Below are positions 11,201 to 20,264 of a DNA stretch of 64,000 bases, piece by piece. The DNA comes from Candidatus Latescibacterota bacterium (GTDB lineage Bacteria > Latescibacterota > UBA2968 > UBA8231): contig CBDETK010000013.1 in NCBI GenBank assembly GCA_965242865.1, forward strand, positions 2,112,001 to 2,176,000. Reading direction: 5' to 3'. The notes beneath the pieces are model-generated. The model ran no database searches and was not told where the DNA came from. It saw only the letters and a list, made by a program, of their open reading frames with translations. Within the stretch, counting starts at the first letter, position 1. Every line of letters starts with the position of its first letter. Made by a program: the position numbers and the translations under genes.

Positions 11201-11469
11201 TAGAGGAGGTCGATGAACGCGTTTAGGTCGAGGGCCAAGGGGCCGGTGAGTACGCGGGGGGGGGCTGGATTCCCGCGTTCGCGGGAATGACAAGAGGGGC
11301 GGAAGAGCTGCCGCCGCATGAGTTGGGCTTGGAAGTGCGAGGGGAAGAGCCAGAGAAAAGCGCGGCTGTCGCCCGCGTCGAGGTGCGTTGAGCAGCGCGC
11401 GGACGCAAGCGATGCCTTGTCGGGATGGGCCGGGCCGTAGATGAGGGTCAGTTCGCCCATGAGCAGCAT
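8236..11469 (-). CDS. addB: ATP-dependent helicase/nuclease subunit B (PD-(D/E)XK nuclease with Fe-S cysteines)
   Basis: FSATQLELYGRCPFRFF, GKIDRID..FDYKTG, CPHCPYQQSC; 4-bp overlap with addA. Confidence 0.82.
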   Translation of the reverse strand: MLLMGELTLIYGPAHPDKASLASARCSTHLDAGDSRAFLWLFPSHFQAQLMRRQLFRPSCHSRERGNPAPPRVLTGPLALDLNAFIDLLYSLCPGRRAALPLSAQVLLVEDALAASAASAPYYSRRPERLIRGLAQLFGRLEELGVEPSDLGGTTQRSAELQALYAAYLARLAAGWSGSRERFAAVHTHLDRSLLAQRFPGLKLLVLCGFVEVPAPFLPVLEKLLPLVPESIAVLDYDPEGPGFFDRTRPLYEWVRARAARVKFSAAEPHPVAAFANRLFAPSRAHCAAPVERVACPDRVGEVAAMARRIRQLHREQGVALGQIRMGFRTLDLYAELVAEVLPRHGLPFYLARGRPLATAPAMNAVFALLDAVLERYSRAALFRLLSLPSVCLRYAFAEQTNALSAADFAAWTRNVPPSTGRGAWLAAIDDTLAYIERELGREGEPVSEEIGDLTAWRESLRAESVALQPLRAGLTALFDLLQPLDRRQTLPSFRHNLLHALGALGVEDGAAADGHALTRFLDLLDELCAPVSAEQARTPSEFADLLRDAVAQAHIPATTQAGIQVTDLAAAGSAPCDYLFLGGLVQGEFPRVPPADIFLEETQRRALNLDEDATTEAERLLFYRAVGAPRRGLAIFYPQQAGREVLAPSPFITELDELLGPQPAADDADRPPSTPGELHRTLGRGLCEARESDLGRDALALYGAAAQLDSPATAQLVRGLHLAARRASPEGFGRYEGVLDEEPLLDALRTRLGAGHSFSATQLELYGRCPFRFFAQDLLGLQPLRDPEADDSALKRGNLVHRILYRFYTAHGEAAERRENLPTNVADLRGLGRQIAEEMRLTGFFWERELERLLGTDDGEREGILPRFLRLQADAPDPAVPTHFELSFGSYPGMGDGDRQSTTTSYAIGDPETGDEVRLSGKIDRIDRTADGRFMVFDYKTGRMPAVDDLKKETGLTLQLPLYVLAAESLFGELGLRQGAGAAYLMLRDLDDCGRKGLFADDAHRNAAYVARSRQYEHEEYRQRLDTVRGFVLSYARAMRRGEFRVTAHDPAKICPHCPYQQSCRLDPQRVRDLQP
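11265..11291. repeat. Palindromic REP-like element inside the addB coding sequence
   Basis: ctggATTCCCGCGttCGCGGGAATgac hairpin; translated as CHSRERGNP in AddB. Confidence 0.75.
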
Positions 11470-11483
11470 TTACCTATGGAGGC

Positions 11484-11564
11484 GTCATTCCCACAAAAGA
11501 ACGTCACCCCGTGCTTCCGACACGGGGCGGGAATCCAGTCTTGAAGGATGTAGAATTGCTATAT
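11484..11564 (+). repeat. Composite REP-like element (ATTCCC..GGGAATCCAG with nested CCCCGTG..CACGGGG hairpin) plus IS630-type end
   Basis: Near-identical inverted copy at ~38366-38415; 3' part matches 4355-4392. Confidence 0.7.
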
Positions 11565-11728
11565 CTCAAAGGATGAGGTTGGGAGCGGCATGAAGGGGTG
11601 CGCTGCCAACGTATTGCCGAAGAAAAACACTGTCAAGACGCGCCCCGCGCCGTGCGTTGACATAGAACGGGGCAGGTCGCTTTTTATGCCCCGCGGCCTA
11701 GCCGCGCTTTTCTCGGATGAAATTCGCA

Positions 11729-12739
11729 ATGAAAAAATGGACTGTTGCCTTGCTTTTGTGGTGGAGTTGCGCCCCTCTGACTTCGCCGGCCGGTGGCCCG
11801 GCGGAATGGCAAAAACCCGAGCCGCCGCCCCCGCCGCCGAGCGCGTTAGAACAATACTTAAAGACGCGCCAGCACTATGGCCTCGGCCCTCGGCCCGACT
11901 TTGTGGCCGTGGTGCCCTTTGTCGATGAATCCGGGTTTCGCGAGGGCGTGTGGAACCTCGAATACGAGCTGGCGAACTTGGTCAGCGCGGAGCTAGCGGC
12001 CGTGCGCGACTGGGAGGTCGTCCCGTTTGACGCGGTGGCCGAGTTGGCCTTGGAGTGGGGGTTTGCCGACTCAGAGAAAGCCCTCGCAATCGGGCGCAAG
12101 CTAGAGGCCGATTTCGTCATCATGGGCCTTTTGCAGGACTACGACATGCGCCGCCTGTCGGTCGGCGATCCCTTGTTGGGCGGCTACAAATCCTATTCGG
12201 CCACAGCCCAGATGCGCGTGGAGATCGCGCGGGTTGACGACGGCAGCCCGATGGGTCATGCCGAGGCCCAACGCGCCCTCACCGACCGCGACTTGGGCCT
12301 CGACCTGTTGGGCAAGCCGCGCGAGCAGGACTTGCAGTTTGCCGGCTTAAAGGAGCTCGCGTTTGGCTCGGAGACTTTTCGCCAGACCCTGTTGGGGCAG
12401 GCGACGGTGGAGGCCGTCGGCGAGTTGGTACACAAGGTGGCTACCGTGTTTGAGCCGGAGGGCTTGGTGTTTGAGGGCGATGCACCCGAGGTCATCGCCG
12501 TGTACAGCGAGGACCTGTACGCCAATATCGGCAGTGCCCACGGCGTGCGGCCGCGCTTGCGCTTTTTCGTCTATCCGAGCACCGGCCGGATAGAGGCCGA
12601 AGGGCTGGCCCCGGAAGAGTCGGTCGCCCTCGTCGAAGTCGCCGAAATCATCAGCGCTCGGCTCGCCAGCTTGCGGGTGCTCCGCGCCAGCGGGACGATC
12701 AAGCCCGGCGACCGCCTCGAATTAGCGGAAGGAGAATAG
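11729..12739 (+). CDS. Putative lipoprotein, CsgG/FlgT-like
   Basis: MKKWTVALLLWWSC lipoprotein-like signal; VAVVPF..ALAIGRKLEADFVIMG alpha/beta motif. Alternative start at 11717. Confidence 0.6.
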   Translation: MKKWTVALLLWWSCAPLTSPAGGPAEWQKPEPPPPPPSALEQYLKTRQHYGLGPRPDFVAVVPFVDESGFREGVWNLEYELANLVSAELAAVRDWEVVPFDAVAELALEWGFADSEKALAIGRKLEADFVIMGLLQDYDMRRLSVGDPLLGGYKSYSATAQMRVEIARVDDGSPMGHAEAQRALTDRDLGLDLLGKPREQDLQFAGLKELAFGSETFRQTLLGQATVEAVGELVHKVATVFEPEGLVFEGDAPEVIAVYSEDLYANIGSAHGVRPRLRFFVYPSTGRIEAEGLAPEESVALVEVAEIISARLASLRVLRASGTIKPGDRLELAEGE

Positions 12740-12741
12740 CG

Positions 12742-13776
12742 ATGCAGGGAGTGGTCAAATACCAGCGGGGCGACGGATTCGTCGAGCTGCGCGCCCTAGG
12801 GGACGCGCCGCCCGGCCCCAAGCAAGTGAAGGTGGCGGTGCAAGCCACCGGGATTTGCGGATCGGACCTCCACGTGTACCGCGACACCATCAACTACAAC
12901 ATCCAGACCCCGGTCGTCATGGGACACGAGTTCAGCGGCGTGGTGGTGGAAAAAGGCGCGGCCGTCGGCGACCATATCCAAGTGGGCGACCGCGTGACGG
13001 GCGAGCCGAGCGTGCATATCTGCGGCGGCTGCGACTATTGCTTGAGCGAGCACTACAACCTCTGTCCCGACCGCAAGGTCATGGGCTACTGGCACCACGG
13101 CTGCTTTGCCCCTTACTGCAATGCGACCTTCGTCCACAAGCTGCCCGCGGGCGTGGGGTTTGAAGCCGGTGCCCTCACCGAGTTGTTGGCCTGCTGCGTG
13201 CATTCGGTCATTGAGCAGGCCGGCGTGACCGCCGGAGACTTCGTCGCGATCACCGGGCCGGGGCCGGTGGGATTGTTCTCGGCGCTGGTCGCGCTGGCCG
13301 AGGGGGGGACGGTGATTCTCTGCGGCACGGAGCGAGATACCGAGCGGCTGCAACTAGCCGAGGAGTTGGGCGTCCAGCACACGGTCGATATTGCGGCCCA
13401 CGATCCGGTGGCGCGGGTGCGCGAGTTGACCGGCGGCTATGGGGCCGATGTGGTGGTCGAGTGCGCGGGGGTGGCCCCAGCAATGCAGTTGGCCTTGGAG
13501 CTCGTCCGCAAGCGGGGACGCTACTCCCAGATGGGCCTGCCGGGTGCGCCCGTAGAAATCGATTTCGAGAAAATCGCGTACAACGAACTCCAAGTCTCCG
13601 GCGGCATTGGCCAGCGGCGACCGGCGTGGCAGCGGGCGTTGCGGCTGATGGAGCGGGATTTTATTCCCAGCGAAAAGCTGATCACCCACCACTTTGCCCT
13701 GCGCCAATGGCAGCGGGCCTTTGACATGGCCGAGGGACAGGAGGGGATCAAGCTCATGTTCATGCCGCAGGACTGA
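12742..13776 (+). CDS. Zinc-dependent alcohol/polyol dehydrogenase (MDR family)
   Basis: GICGSDLH, GHEFSG, CGGCDYC..C zinc motif, GPGPVG NAD-binding motif. Confidence 0.9.
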   Translation: MQGVVKYQRGDGFVELRALGDAPPGPKQVKVAVQATGICGSDLHVYRDTINYNIQTPVVMGHEFSGVVVEKGAAVGDHIQVGDRVTGEPSVHICGGCDYCLSEHYNLCPDRKVMGYWHHGCFAPYCNATFVHKLPAGVGFEAGALTELLACCVHSVIEQAGVTAGDFVAITGPGPVGLFSALVALAEGGTVILCGTERDTERLQLAEELGVQHTVDIAAHDPVARVRELTGGYGADVVVECAGVAPAMQLALELVRKRGRYSQMGLPGAPVEIDFEKIAYNELQVSGGIGQRRPAWQRALRLMERDFIPSEKLITHHFALRQWQRAFDMAEGQEGIKLMFMPQD

Positions 13777-13841
13777 GCGAAACCCGCGCTTGCGGCTTTG
13801 GCGAAAATTGGCGATTATCATAAAAAAGTGATAAACTGGGT

Positions 13842-14207
13842 ATGTGGGACTTCCGCGAATATCAGAGCGCGACCGGAAAGCGTCCTGTATCGGAATGGTA
13901 TGGAGCGTTGTCGGCGAAAAACAGAGCAAGAGCCGATCGGTTTTTGGGCATCGCCCGGAAGCTCAACCGGCTCGAACCGCCGCATTTCAAGAAGTTTCGC
14001 GAGTTATGGGAAGCGCGTTGGCGGGGCGAAAATAGGGTTCCGCATCGGATATTTTGTTACGTCCCTGCCGATAGACAGTTGACCCTGCTCTGTGGCTGCA
14101 TCCACAAGGACGCTCGATACAAACCTACGGAAGCCTACAACACGGCGGTACAGCGCCGCAACGAAATAGAAAACGAGGAGGCAAGCACTCATGCGTTCGA
14201 TTTTTAA
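13842..14207 (+). CDS. RelE/HigB-family type II toxin
   Basis: Basic 121-aa protein, GKRPVSEW..LWEARW..HRIFC; lies upstream of an HTH gene. Confidence 0.7.
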   Translation: MWDFREYQSATGKRPVSEWYGALSAKNRARADRFLGIARKLNRLEPPHFKKFRELWEARWRGENRVPHRIFCYVPADRQLTLLCGCIHKDARYKPTEAYNTAVQRRNEIENEEASTHAFDF

Positions 14208-14646
14208 GCTCTGGCGTAAACTGCGCGACAAAGCGTACCGAGACGGGTACACGGAATCTCAGCTTTCCATTGAGGTCCCTTTTCAGATCCGAGCCATCCG
14301 CAAAGCACGCGGCTGGACGCAAGCCCAGCTCGCCGAGCGGAGCGGCATTCCGCAAGCGCGGATATCCCACATTGAACAGGCCGGCCGGGATCCGCTGTCG
14401 TTGCGGACATTGTACCGATTGGCAGCCGCCTTTGACGTCGGCTTGCAGGTACAGTTTGTCCCGTTCAGCGAGTTGGTACGGCGGGAAGCGGCTTTTGATC
14501 CGGAGACGTTTCGCGTCCCTAGCTTTGCAGAGGACCATGTAGAGAAGGCCGTACCGACTAGCGATATGTCGGTGTCAACGGAGCCTTACGCGACCAACTC
14601 CAAGCGTACGCCCAAGGTACACGGCAGGGTGGCCCAACCTGAATGA
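14191..14646 (+). CDS. XRE-HTH antitoxin (HigA-like)
   Basis: IRAIRKARGWTQAQLAERSGIPQARISHIE HTH; overlaps the toxin gene. Confidence 0.75.
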   Translation: MRSIFKLWRKLRDKAYRDGYTESQLSIEVPFQIRAIRKARGWTQAQLAERSGIPQARISHIEQAGRDPLSLRTLYRLAAAFDVGLQVQFVPFSELVRREAAFDPETFRVPSFAEDHVEKAVPTSDMSVSTEPYATNSKRTPKVHGRVAQPE

Positions 14647-14716
14647 AATAGCCCGGAACCCGGCGTTTGGCCCAAGGCAACGCAGCATCAGAGTACTGGC
14701 CCCTTGAGAATGCGCC

Positions 14717-17700
14717 TTGACTGAATTCTTTGAACAGCCCGTCCTCAACTCGCCGTATGAGCGTCCGAGGCGGCATTGGGAACTAGATGAGAGCGGGCAG
14801 CCGACCCAGCAGATCGTCGAAAGCCGCCGGGCAGCCGAGTTCATCACCCCGATCCCGCAGCCCAAGAAGCGCGAGGGAGCAGCCGCGCAACAGGCCGCGC
14901 TGGTGTTTGACGCGGCCGCGCAACAGCTCGAAGCCGCCGGCCAGCAATACGACCTGACGGCCATCATCAATGGGGTTCGCCAGCAGGTTGACCGCTGGCG
15001 CGATCTACCAAACCCCAGCCAATGGCAGGTGACGCCTGAGACGGCCCGCCTGCTCCAGCACTGGCGGCACCACCGCTTCAGCGGCATTCGGCCCTTCTTC
15101 TGCCAAGTCGAAGCGGTCGAGACCGCGATATGGCTCACCGAAGTCGCGCCGCGCATGGGGCGACGCGGCCAGCGCTTCCTCAACCATCTGGCGCAGGCCA
15201 GCCCAGACCTGCCGCGGCTGGCGCTCAAGCTGGCAACCGGCACCGGCAAGACCACGGTCATGGCGATGGTGATCGCTTGGCAAACCGTCAACGCGGTGCG
15301 CCGGCCCCAAAGTCGCCGCTTCACGCGCGGCTTCTTGGTCGTCACGCCCGGCATCACCATCAAGGACCGCCTGCGCGTACTCCAGCCCAACGACCCGGAC
15401 AGCTACTACCAGAGCCGCGAGTTGGTTCCCAGCGACATGCTCCCGGACTTGGAAAAGGCCAAGATCGTCATCACCAACTACCACGCCTTCAAGCGGCGCG
15501 AACGCTTGGAGCTTTCCAAGGGCGGGCGTTCTTTGCTACAGGGACGGGGCGAGACGCTCGCGACCTTGGAGACCGAAGGGCAAATGCTGCAACGGGTCAT
15601 GCCCGAACTCATGGGCGTCAAGAACGTCTTGATCCTCAACGATGAAGCGCACCACTGCTACCGCGAAAACCCGGGCGAGGGCGAGGAAGGTGCGCTCCGG
15701 GGCGACGACCGCAAGGAAGCCGAAAAAAACGCGGAAGCGGCGCGGCTGTGGATTTCGGGGCTGGAAACCGTCGGCCAAAAACTCGGCGTCAACCGGGTGC
15801 TCGACCTGTCGGCCACGCCGTTCTTTTTGCGCGGGTCCGGGTACGCCGAAGGCACGTTGTTCCCTTGGACGATGTGCGACTTCTCGCTCATGGACGCGAT
15901 TGAATGCGGCATCGTCAAGCTGCCCCGGGTGCCGGTGGCCGACAACATCCCCGGCGGCGACATGCCCAAGTTCCGCAACCTCTGGGACCACATCCGCCCC
16001 AACATGCCCAAGAAGGGACGCGGCAAGGGCGAGGAACTCGATCCGCTCAATCTGCCGGTGGAGTTACAGACCGCGTTGGCCGCCCTGTACGGACACTACG
16101 AGAAAACCTTTGAGCTGATGGAAGCGGCGAGCATTGGTGTCCCGCCGTGTTTTATCGTGGTCTGCAACAATACCGCGACTTCCAAGCTGGTACACGACTA
16201 CATCGCGGGCTTTTACCGCGGCACCACGCTGGTACATGGTCGCCTAAAGCTATTTCGCAACTTTGACGAGCAGGGCAACCCATACCTCCCGCCGCGCACA
16301 CTGCTGATCGACAGCGAACAACTCGAGTCCGGCGACGCGCTGGACAAAAACTTCCGCGCCGTGGCTGCCGACGAGATCGACCGCTTTCGGCGAGAAATCA
16401 TCGAGCGCACCGGCGACCGTCGTCAGGCCGACAACATCAGCGATGCAGCACTGCTCCGCGAGGTGATGAACACCGTGGGCAAACCGGGCCGGCTGGGGGC
16501 TTCGATTCGCTGCGTGGTGTCCGTGTCCATGCTGACCGAAGGGTGGGATGCCAATACCGTCAGCCACGTGCTCGGTGTGCGCGCTTTTGGGACGCAACTG
16601 CTGTGCGAGCAGGTCGTTGGCCGAGCGCTGCGCCGGCAGTCGTACGATCTCAACGAGGACGGCCTGTTCGATGTGGAGTACGCGGATGTCTTGGGCATCC
16701 CGTTTGACTTTACGGCCAAGCCCGTGGTGGCGCCGCCCAAGCCACCGCGCGAGACCGTGCAGGTGCGGGCCGTGCGACCGGCGCGCGACGCGCTGGAAAT
16801 CCGTTTCCCGCGGGTGGCCGGGTATCGAGTGGAATTGCCGGCCGACCGGCTCGCCGCCGAGTTCAACGAGGACTCGGTGCTGGAGCTGACGCCCGATCTG
16901 GTCGGCCCGTCGAGTACGCGGAACGAGGGGATCATCGGCGAGGGCGTGGACCTCGATCTGGTGCATACCAACGACCTGCGGACCGCAACCCTGCTTTTTC
17001 ACCTGACCCAGCGGCTGCTCTATGAAAAGTTCCGCGATCCGGGCGAAGAGCCTAAGCTCTACCTCTTCGGCCAGCTCAAGCGCATCACCAGCGAGTGGCT
17101 CGACACCTGTCTCGTCTGCAAGGGCGGCACCTATCCGGCCCAACTCATGTATCAAGCACTGGCGGACACGGCCTGCGAGCGCATCTTTGCCGCCATCACG
17201 CGCAAGGGCATTGACCATCGGCCAGTCAAAGCCGTGCTCGATCCGTACCATCCCATCGGTTCGACCGCCCACGTCCATTTCAACACGACCCAAACCCGCC
17301 GCTGGCAGACCGACGCCCGCCGGTGCCACCTCAACTACGTCGTCCTCGACAGCGACTGGGAAGCGGAGTTTTGTCGCGTCGTCGAAGCCCATCCGCGCGT
17401 CAAAGCCTACGTCAAGAACCACAATTTAGGCTTGGAGGTGCCCTACCGCTCTGGCTCGCAGCCGCGGACGTACCGGCCGGACTTTATCGTGCTGATCGAC
17501 GATGGCAACGGCGACGACCTGCTGCACCTAATCGTCGAGATCAAGGGGTATCGGGGGGAAGACGCCAAGGACAAGAAGGCGGCTATGGACACCTATTGGG
17601 TGCCTGGGGTGAATCAGCACGGGGACTGCGGCCGCTGGGCTTTTGCCGAGTTTGCGGATGTGTACGAGGTGGAAGCCGCGTTTAACGAGATGATCAAACA

Positions 17701-17731
17701 ACGCGCCGTTGGCCCGGTTTCGACCGAGTAA
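14717..17731 (+). CDS. res: Type III restriction enzyme Res subunit
   Basis: LATGTGKT, NDEAHHCY, LSATP, LTEGWD, EQVVGRALR helicase motifs; C-terminal YRPDFIV..VEIKG nuclease. Confidence 0.88.
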   Translation: MTEFFEQPVLNSPYERPRRHWELDESGQPTQQIVESRRAAEFITPIPQPKKREGAAAQQAALVFDAAAQQLEAAGQQYDLTAIINGVRQQVDRWRDLPNPSQWQVTPETARLLQHWRHHRFSGIRPFFCQVEAVETAIWLTEVAPRMGRRGQRFLNHLAQASPDLPRLALKLATGTGKTTVMAMVIAWQTVNAVRRPQSRRFTRGFLVVTPGITIKDRLRVLQPNDPDSYYQSRELVPSDMLPDLEKAKIVITNYHAFKRRERLELSKGGRSLLQGRGETLATLETEGQMLQRVMPELMGVKNVLILNDEAHHCYRENPGEGEEGALRGDDRKEAEKNAEAARLWISGLETVGQKLGVNRVLDLSATPFFLRGSGYAEGTLFPWTMCDFSLMDAIECGIVKLPRVPVADNIPGGDMPKFRNLWDHIRPNMPKKGRGKGEELDPLNLPVELQTALAALYGHYEKTFELMEAASIGVPPCFIVVCNNTATSKLVHDYIAGFYRGTTLVHGRLKLFRNFDEQGNPYLPPRTLLIDSEQLESGDALDKNFRAVAADEIDRFRREIIERTGDRRQADNISDAALLREVMNTVGKPGRLGASIRCVVSVSMLTEGWDANTVSHVLGVRAFGTQLLCEQVVGRALRRQSYDLNEDGLFDVEYADVLGIPFDFTAKPVVAPPKPPRETVQVRAVRPARDALEIRFPRVAGYRVELPADRLAAEFNEDSVLELTPDLVGPSSTRNEGIIGEGVDLDLVHTNDLRTATLLFHLTQRLLYEKFRDPGEEPKLYLFGQLKRITSEWLDTCLVCKGGTYPAQLMYQALADTACERIFAAITRKGIDHRPVKAVLDPYHPIGSTAHVHFNTTQTRRWQTDARRCHLNYVVLDSDWEAEFCRVVEAHPRVKAYVKNHNLGLEVPYRSGSQPRTYRPDFIVLIDDGNGDDLLHLIVEIKGYRGEDAKDKKAAMDTYWVPGVNQHGDCGRWAFAEFADVYEVEAAFNEMIKQRAVGPVSTE

Positions 17732-17866
17732 CTGGAGTTTGCCGCGATAGGGGTTGCTCACTTATTACACGACAGCAGCCGCCCGTCCGCCAAGGAAGGA
17801 GGGCATGATGCGTTCATGGATTCCCGCTGTTGCGAGAATGACCGAACCAGCGGCCCGCCTGCCGAA

Positions 17867-17914
17867 GGATCGAGGGCATCTTGCCCTCGTCGAGGGCGGG
17901 ACGCCCTCGATCCC
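17867..17914. repeat. REP doublet (REPIN-like)
   Basis: GGATCGAGGGCatcttGCCCTC..GAGGGCgggacGCCCTCGATCC: two short hairpins inside a longer inverted repeat. Confidence 0.6.
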
Positions 17915-17939
17915 GGATGTGTACTTAGGAGGAATGGGA

Positions 17940-19415
17940 ATGCTTTGGGATAGTGATCGCTTGTTGTTGCAACTTGAACTCGGTGAGGACAGCCGCGTTG
18001 AGTTCAAGGAAGCTGTGTTTAGCGGCAACCGCGTCCGCGCACCGCATCGGGACGCCATCGCCGACGAGTTGGCCGCTTTTGGCAACACCATCGGCGGCAC
18101 CTTGATCTTCAGCGTGTCCGACGACGGTGCAGTGCGGTTGATGAGCCGACAACAGCTGGACGCGCTCGAAGCCTTCGTCGGCGAGCTTTGCTCGGATAGC
18201 ATCCGTCCCCCGTTGGCGTTTGTCACCCAACGGCTCGCGCTGCCCGATGGTTCGTTTGTGCTAGTCGTCGCCGTCGAACAGAGCGCGTTGGTCCACAAGA
18301 GTCCCGGGGGCTACCTGTCCCGCCAAGGTAGTTCCAAGCGAGAGCTGTCACCGGAGGCATTGAACCGTTTGTTTCAGCAGCGGGCGCGTTCTGGCTTGCT
18401 CGGGCCGGACGAAGGGATCGTCGCTGGCACCGGGGTCAACACGTTAGACGCGACCCTAGCGGATCGTTTCCTGAGTTCGCGCGCGACCGAGCCTACAACG
18501 GTCCAACTCACAAAGCTGGGGCTGGTGCGGGAGGACGACAGCGGCGTGCTCCGCGCCACGGTGGCCGGGGTGCTGCTTTGCACGACGCGCCCGGATGAGT
18601 ATATACGCGGCGCACTGATCGAGGCGGTGCGCTATCGCGGCACAGTGTCGGGCCGTGCGAGCCAGCTCGATGCCGCGTCCATCACCGGCCCGTTGGACCA
18701 GCAGATCCGCGATGCCGTCCACTTCGCTCGGCTCAATACGCGGGTCGCGGCGCGCAAGGCCCCTGGACGCGTAGAGACTCCGCAGTTTAGTCCGCGCACC
18801 CTGTTTGAGGCCATCGTCAACGCCGTGGTCCACCGCGACTACTCGGAAAAGGCGAAGATACGGCTCTTCATTTTTGACGACCGCTTCGAGTTGTACTCGC
18901 CGGGTGCTTTGCCCAACACCCTGCCTATTGAGGCCATGCGCAATCGACAAGCCACTCGCAACGAAACGCTCGCGTCCATTCTCCGCATGCTCGCGGTCGG
19001 GGATATTGCCGGGGCCGGGGATCGGCAGTATTTCTTGGAGCAACGCGGCGAAGGGGTTCCGGTCATTTACGAGCAGACCCGGGCGCTGACCGGGCGCGAG
19101 CCAGAGTATGAACTGCTTGGCGGCCCAGAACTGCGGCTGACGATACCGTCCGCTCGTCCGCCGGTATCGGGCATCCAAGGGGAAGTGTCGGTATCTGCGG
19201 GCGGTCAGCCGCTTGCCGGCGCACAGGTCGTTGTGCTGTATCCCAACAAGACTTGGATGGAGGAAGCAACCGATACGTTTGGCCGGGTCGCTTTTGGGTT
19301 CCATTCGGAACTTCCCATCACTGTTTTTTGCGCGGCCTCAGGGTATGGTGCTCACGTGGAGCGGGATTGGCACCCGCCGGAACCGCTCGCCGTGCCGCGT
19401 CTTGGGCGTAGATGA
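17940..19415 (+). CDS. Schlafen/AlbA2 DNA-binding domain plus RecG-C/HATPase-like protein; C-terminus probably cut by a deletion
   Basis: GEDSRVEFKE, LAAFGNTIGGTLIFSV, EAIVNAVVHRDYS, SPGALP; AGGAGG RBS at 17927-17932. Confidence 0.78.
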   Translation: MLWDSDRLLLQLELGEDSRVEFKEAVFSGNRVRAPHRDAIADELAAFGNTIGGTLIFSVSDDGAVRLMSRQQLDALEAFVGELCSDSIRPPLAFVTQRLALPDGSFVLVVAVEQSALVHKSPGGYLSRQGSSKRELSPEALNRLFQQRARSGLLGPDEGIVAGTGVNTLDATLADRFLSSRATEPTTVQLTKLGLVREDDSGVLRATVAGVLLCTTRPDEYIRGALIEAVRYRGTVSGRASQLDAASITGPLDQQIRDAVHFARLNTRVAARKAPGRVETPQFSPRTLFEAIVNAVVHRDYSEKAKIRLFIFDDRFELYSPGALPNTLPIEAMRNRQATRNETLASILRMLAVGDIAGAGDRQYFLEQRGEGVPVIYEQTRALTGREPEYELLGGPELRLTIPSARPPVSGIQGEVSVSAGGQPLAGAQVVVLYPNKTWMEEATDTFGRVAFGFHSELPITVFCAASGYGAHVERDWHPPEPLAVPRLGRR

Positions 19416-20247
19416 AAACGACGAACTCATCGACACCGCAGCCGAAGCCAAGCTCGGCTACGGCGAAAAACAGGACTTCGCCGCCATGATCTTGGACAAC
19501 CTCAAAACCTCCGGCGTCCAGCAGGCGCACAAAGAGGACAAAATCGCCTTCTCCGGCATCAAACCTTGGCCCGGCGACCTCGTCTGCGCCGAAGGAACCT
19601 ACACCGAAGGCGACGCGGACGCCGGCGCGGAGAAACGCGCTGGCATCTTCGTCGGCCCGGAATTTGGCACTGTCTCCCGCCCGGATCTCGTACTCGCCGT
19701 GCGCGAGGCCGCCGACGCCAACTTCGACGTCCTCATCACCTGCGCCTTCAACTACGACGCCCACGCCTCCGAGTTCAACAAACTCGGCCGCGTCCCCGTG
19801 CTCAAGGCCCGCATGAACGCCGATCTACACATGGCCGACGACCTCAAAAACACCGGCAAGGGCAACCTGTTCGTCATCTTCGGCGAGCCAGACATCGACA
19901 TCCTCGACGCACCGGACGATCAAATCCAAGTCAAGGTCAACGGCGTAGATGTGTTCCATCCCAACACCGGCGAAATCCGCAGCGACGACGCCGACGGCAT
20001 TGCCTGCTGGTTCATCGACACCGACTACAACGAGGAGAGCTTCTTCGTCCGCCACGCCTACTTCCTCGGCGCCAACGACCCGTACAAAGCACTGCGAACG
20101 ACGCTCAAAGCCGAGATCAACCCAGAAGCCTGGGAAACCCTCCACAACGACACCTCTCGCCCGTTCGCCAAGCCAGCGTCCGGCCGCATTGCGGTAAAGG
20201 TGATCAATCATCTGGGCGACGAGGTGATGAAGGTGTTTCGGGTGTGA
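19395..20247 (+). pseudogene. mod: C-terminal fragment of type III RM Mod methyltransferase (catalytic N-terminal part missing)
   Basis: GPEFGTV, CWFIDTDYNEESFFVRHAYF, GRIAVKVINHLGDEVMKVFRV are typical of Mod C-termini paired with this Res type. No DPPY or FxGxG motif and no start codon at the junction. Confidence 0.75.
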
Positions 20248-20255
20248 GGGGGAGT
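20212..20255 (+). repeat. Direct repeat copy 1 (3' end of mod)
   Basis: GTGATGAAGGTGTTTCGGGTGTGAGGGGGAGT at 20224-20255. Confidence 0.9.
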
Positions 20256-20264
20256 TGATAATCC

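Noticed and set aside
4650-11408. Numerous long alternative-frame ORFs over addAB (and over res, dnaK, uvrB, mqn genes)
   Set aside because: Shadow ORFs expected in high-GC DNA; Arg/Pro/Ala-rich with no motifs or RBS.
17754-17939. N-terminal extension of the AlbA2 ORF from 17754
   Set aside because: It runs through a REP doublet, and a strong AGGAGG RBS supports the start at 17940.
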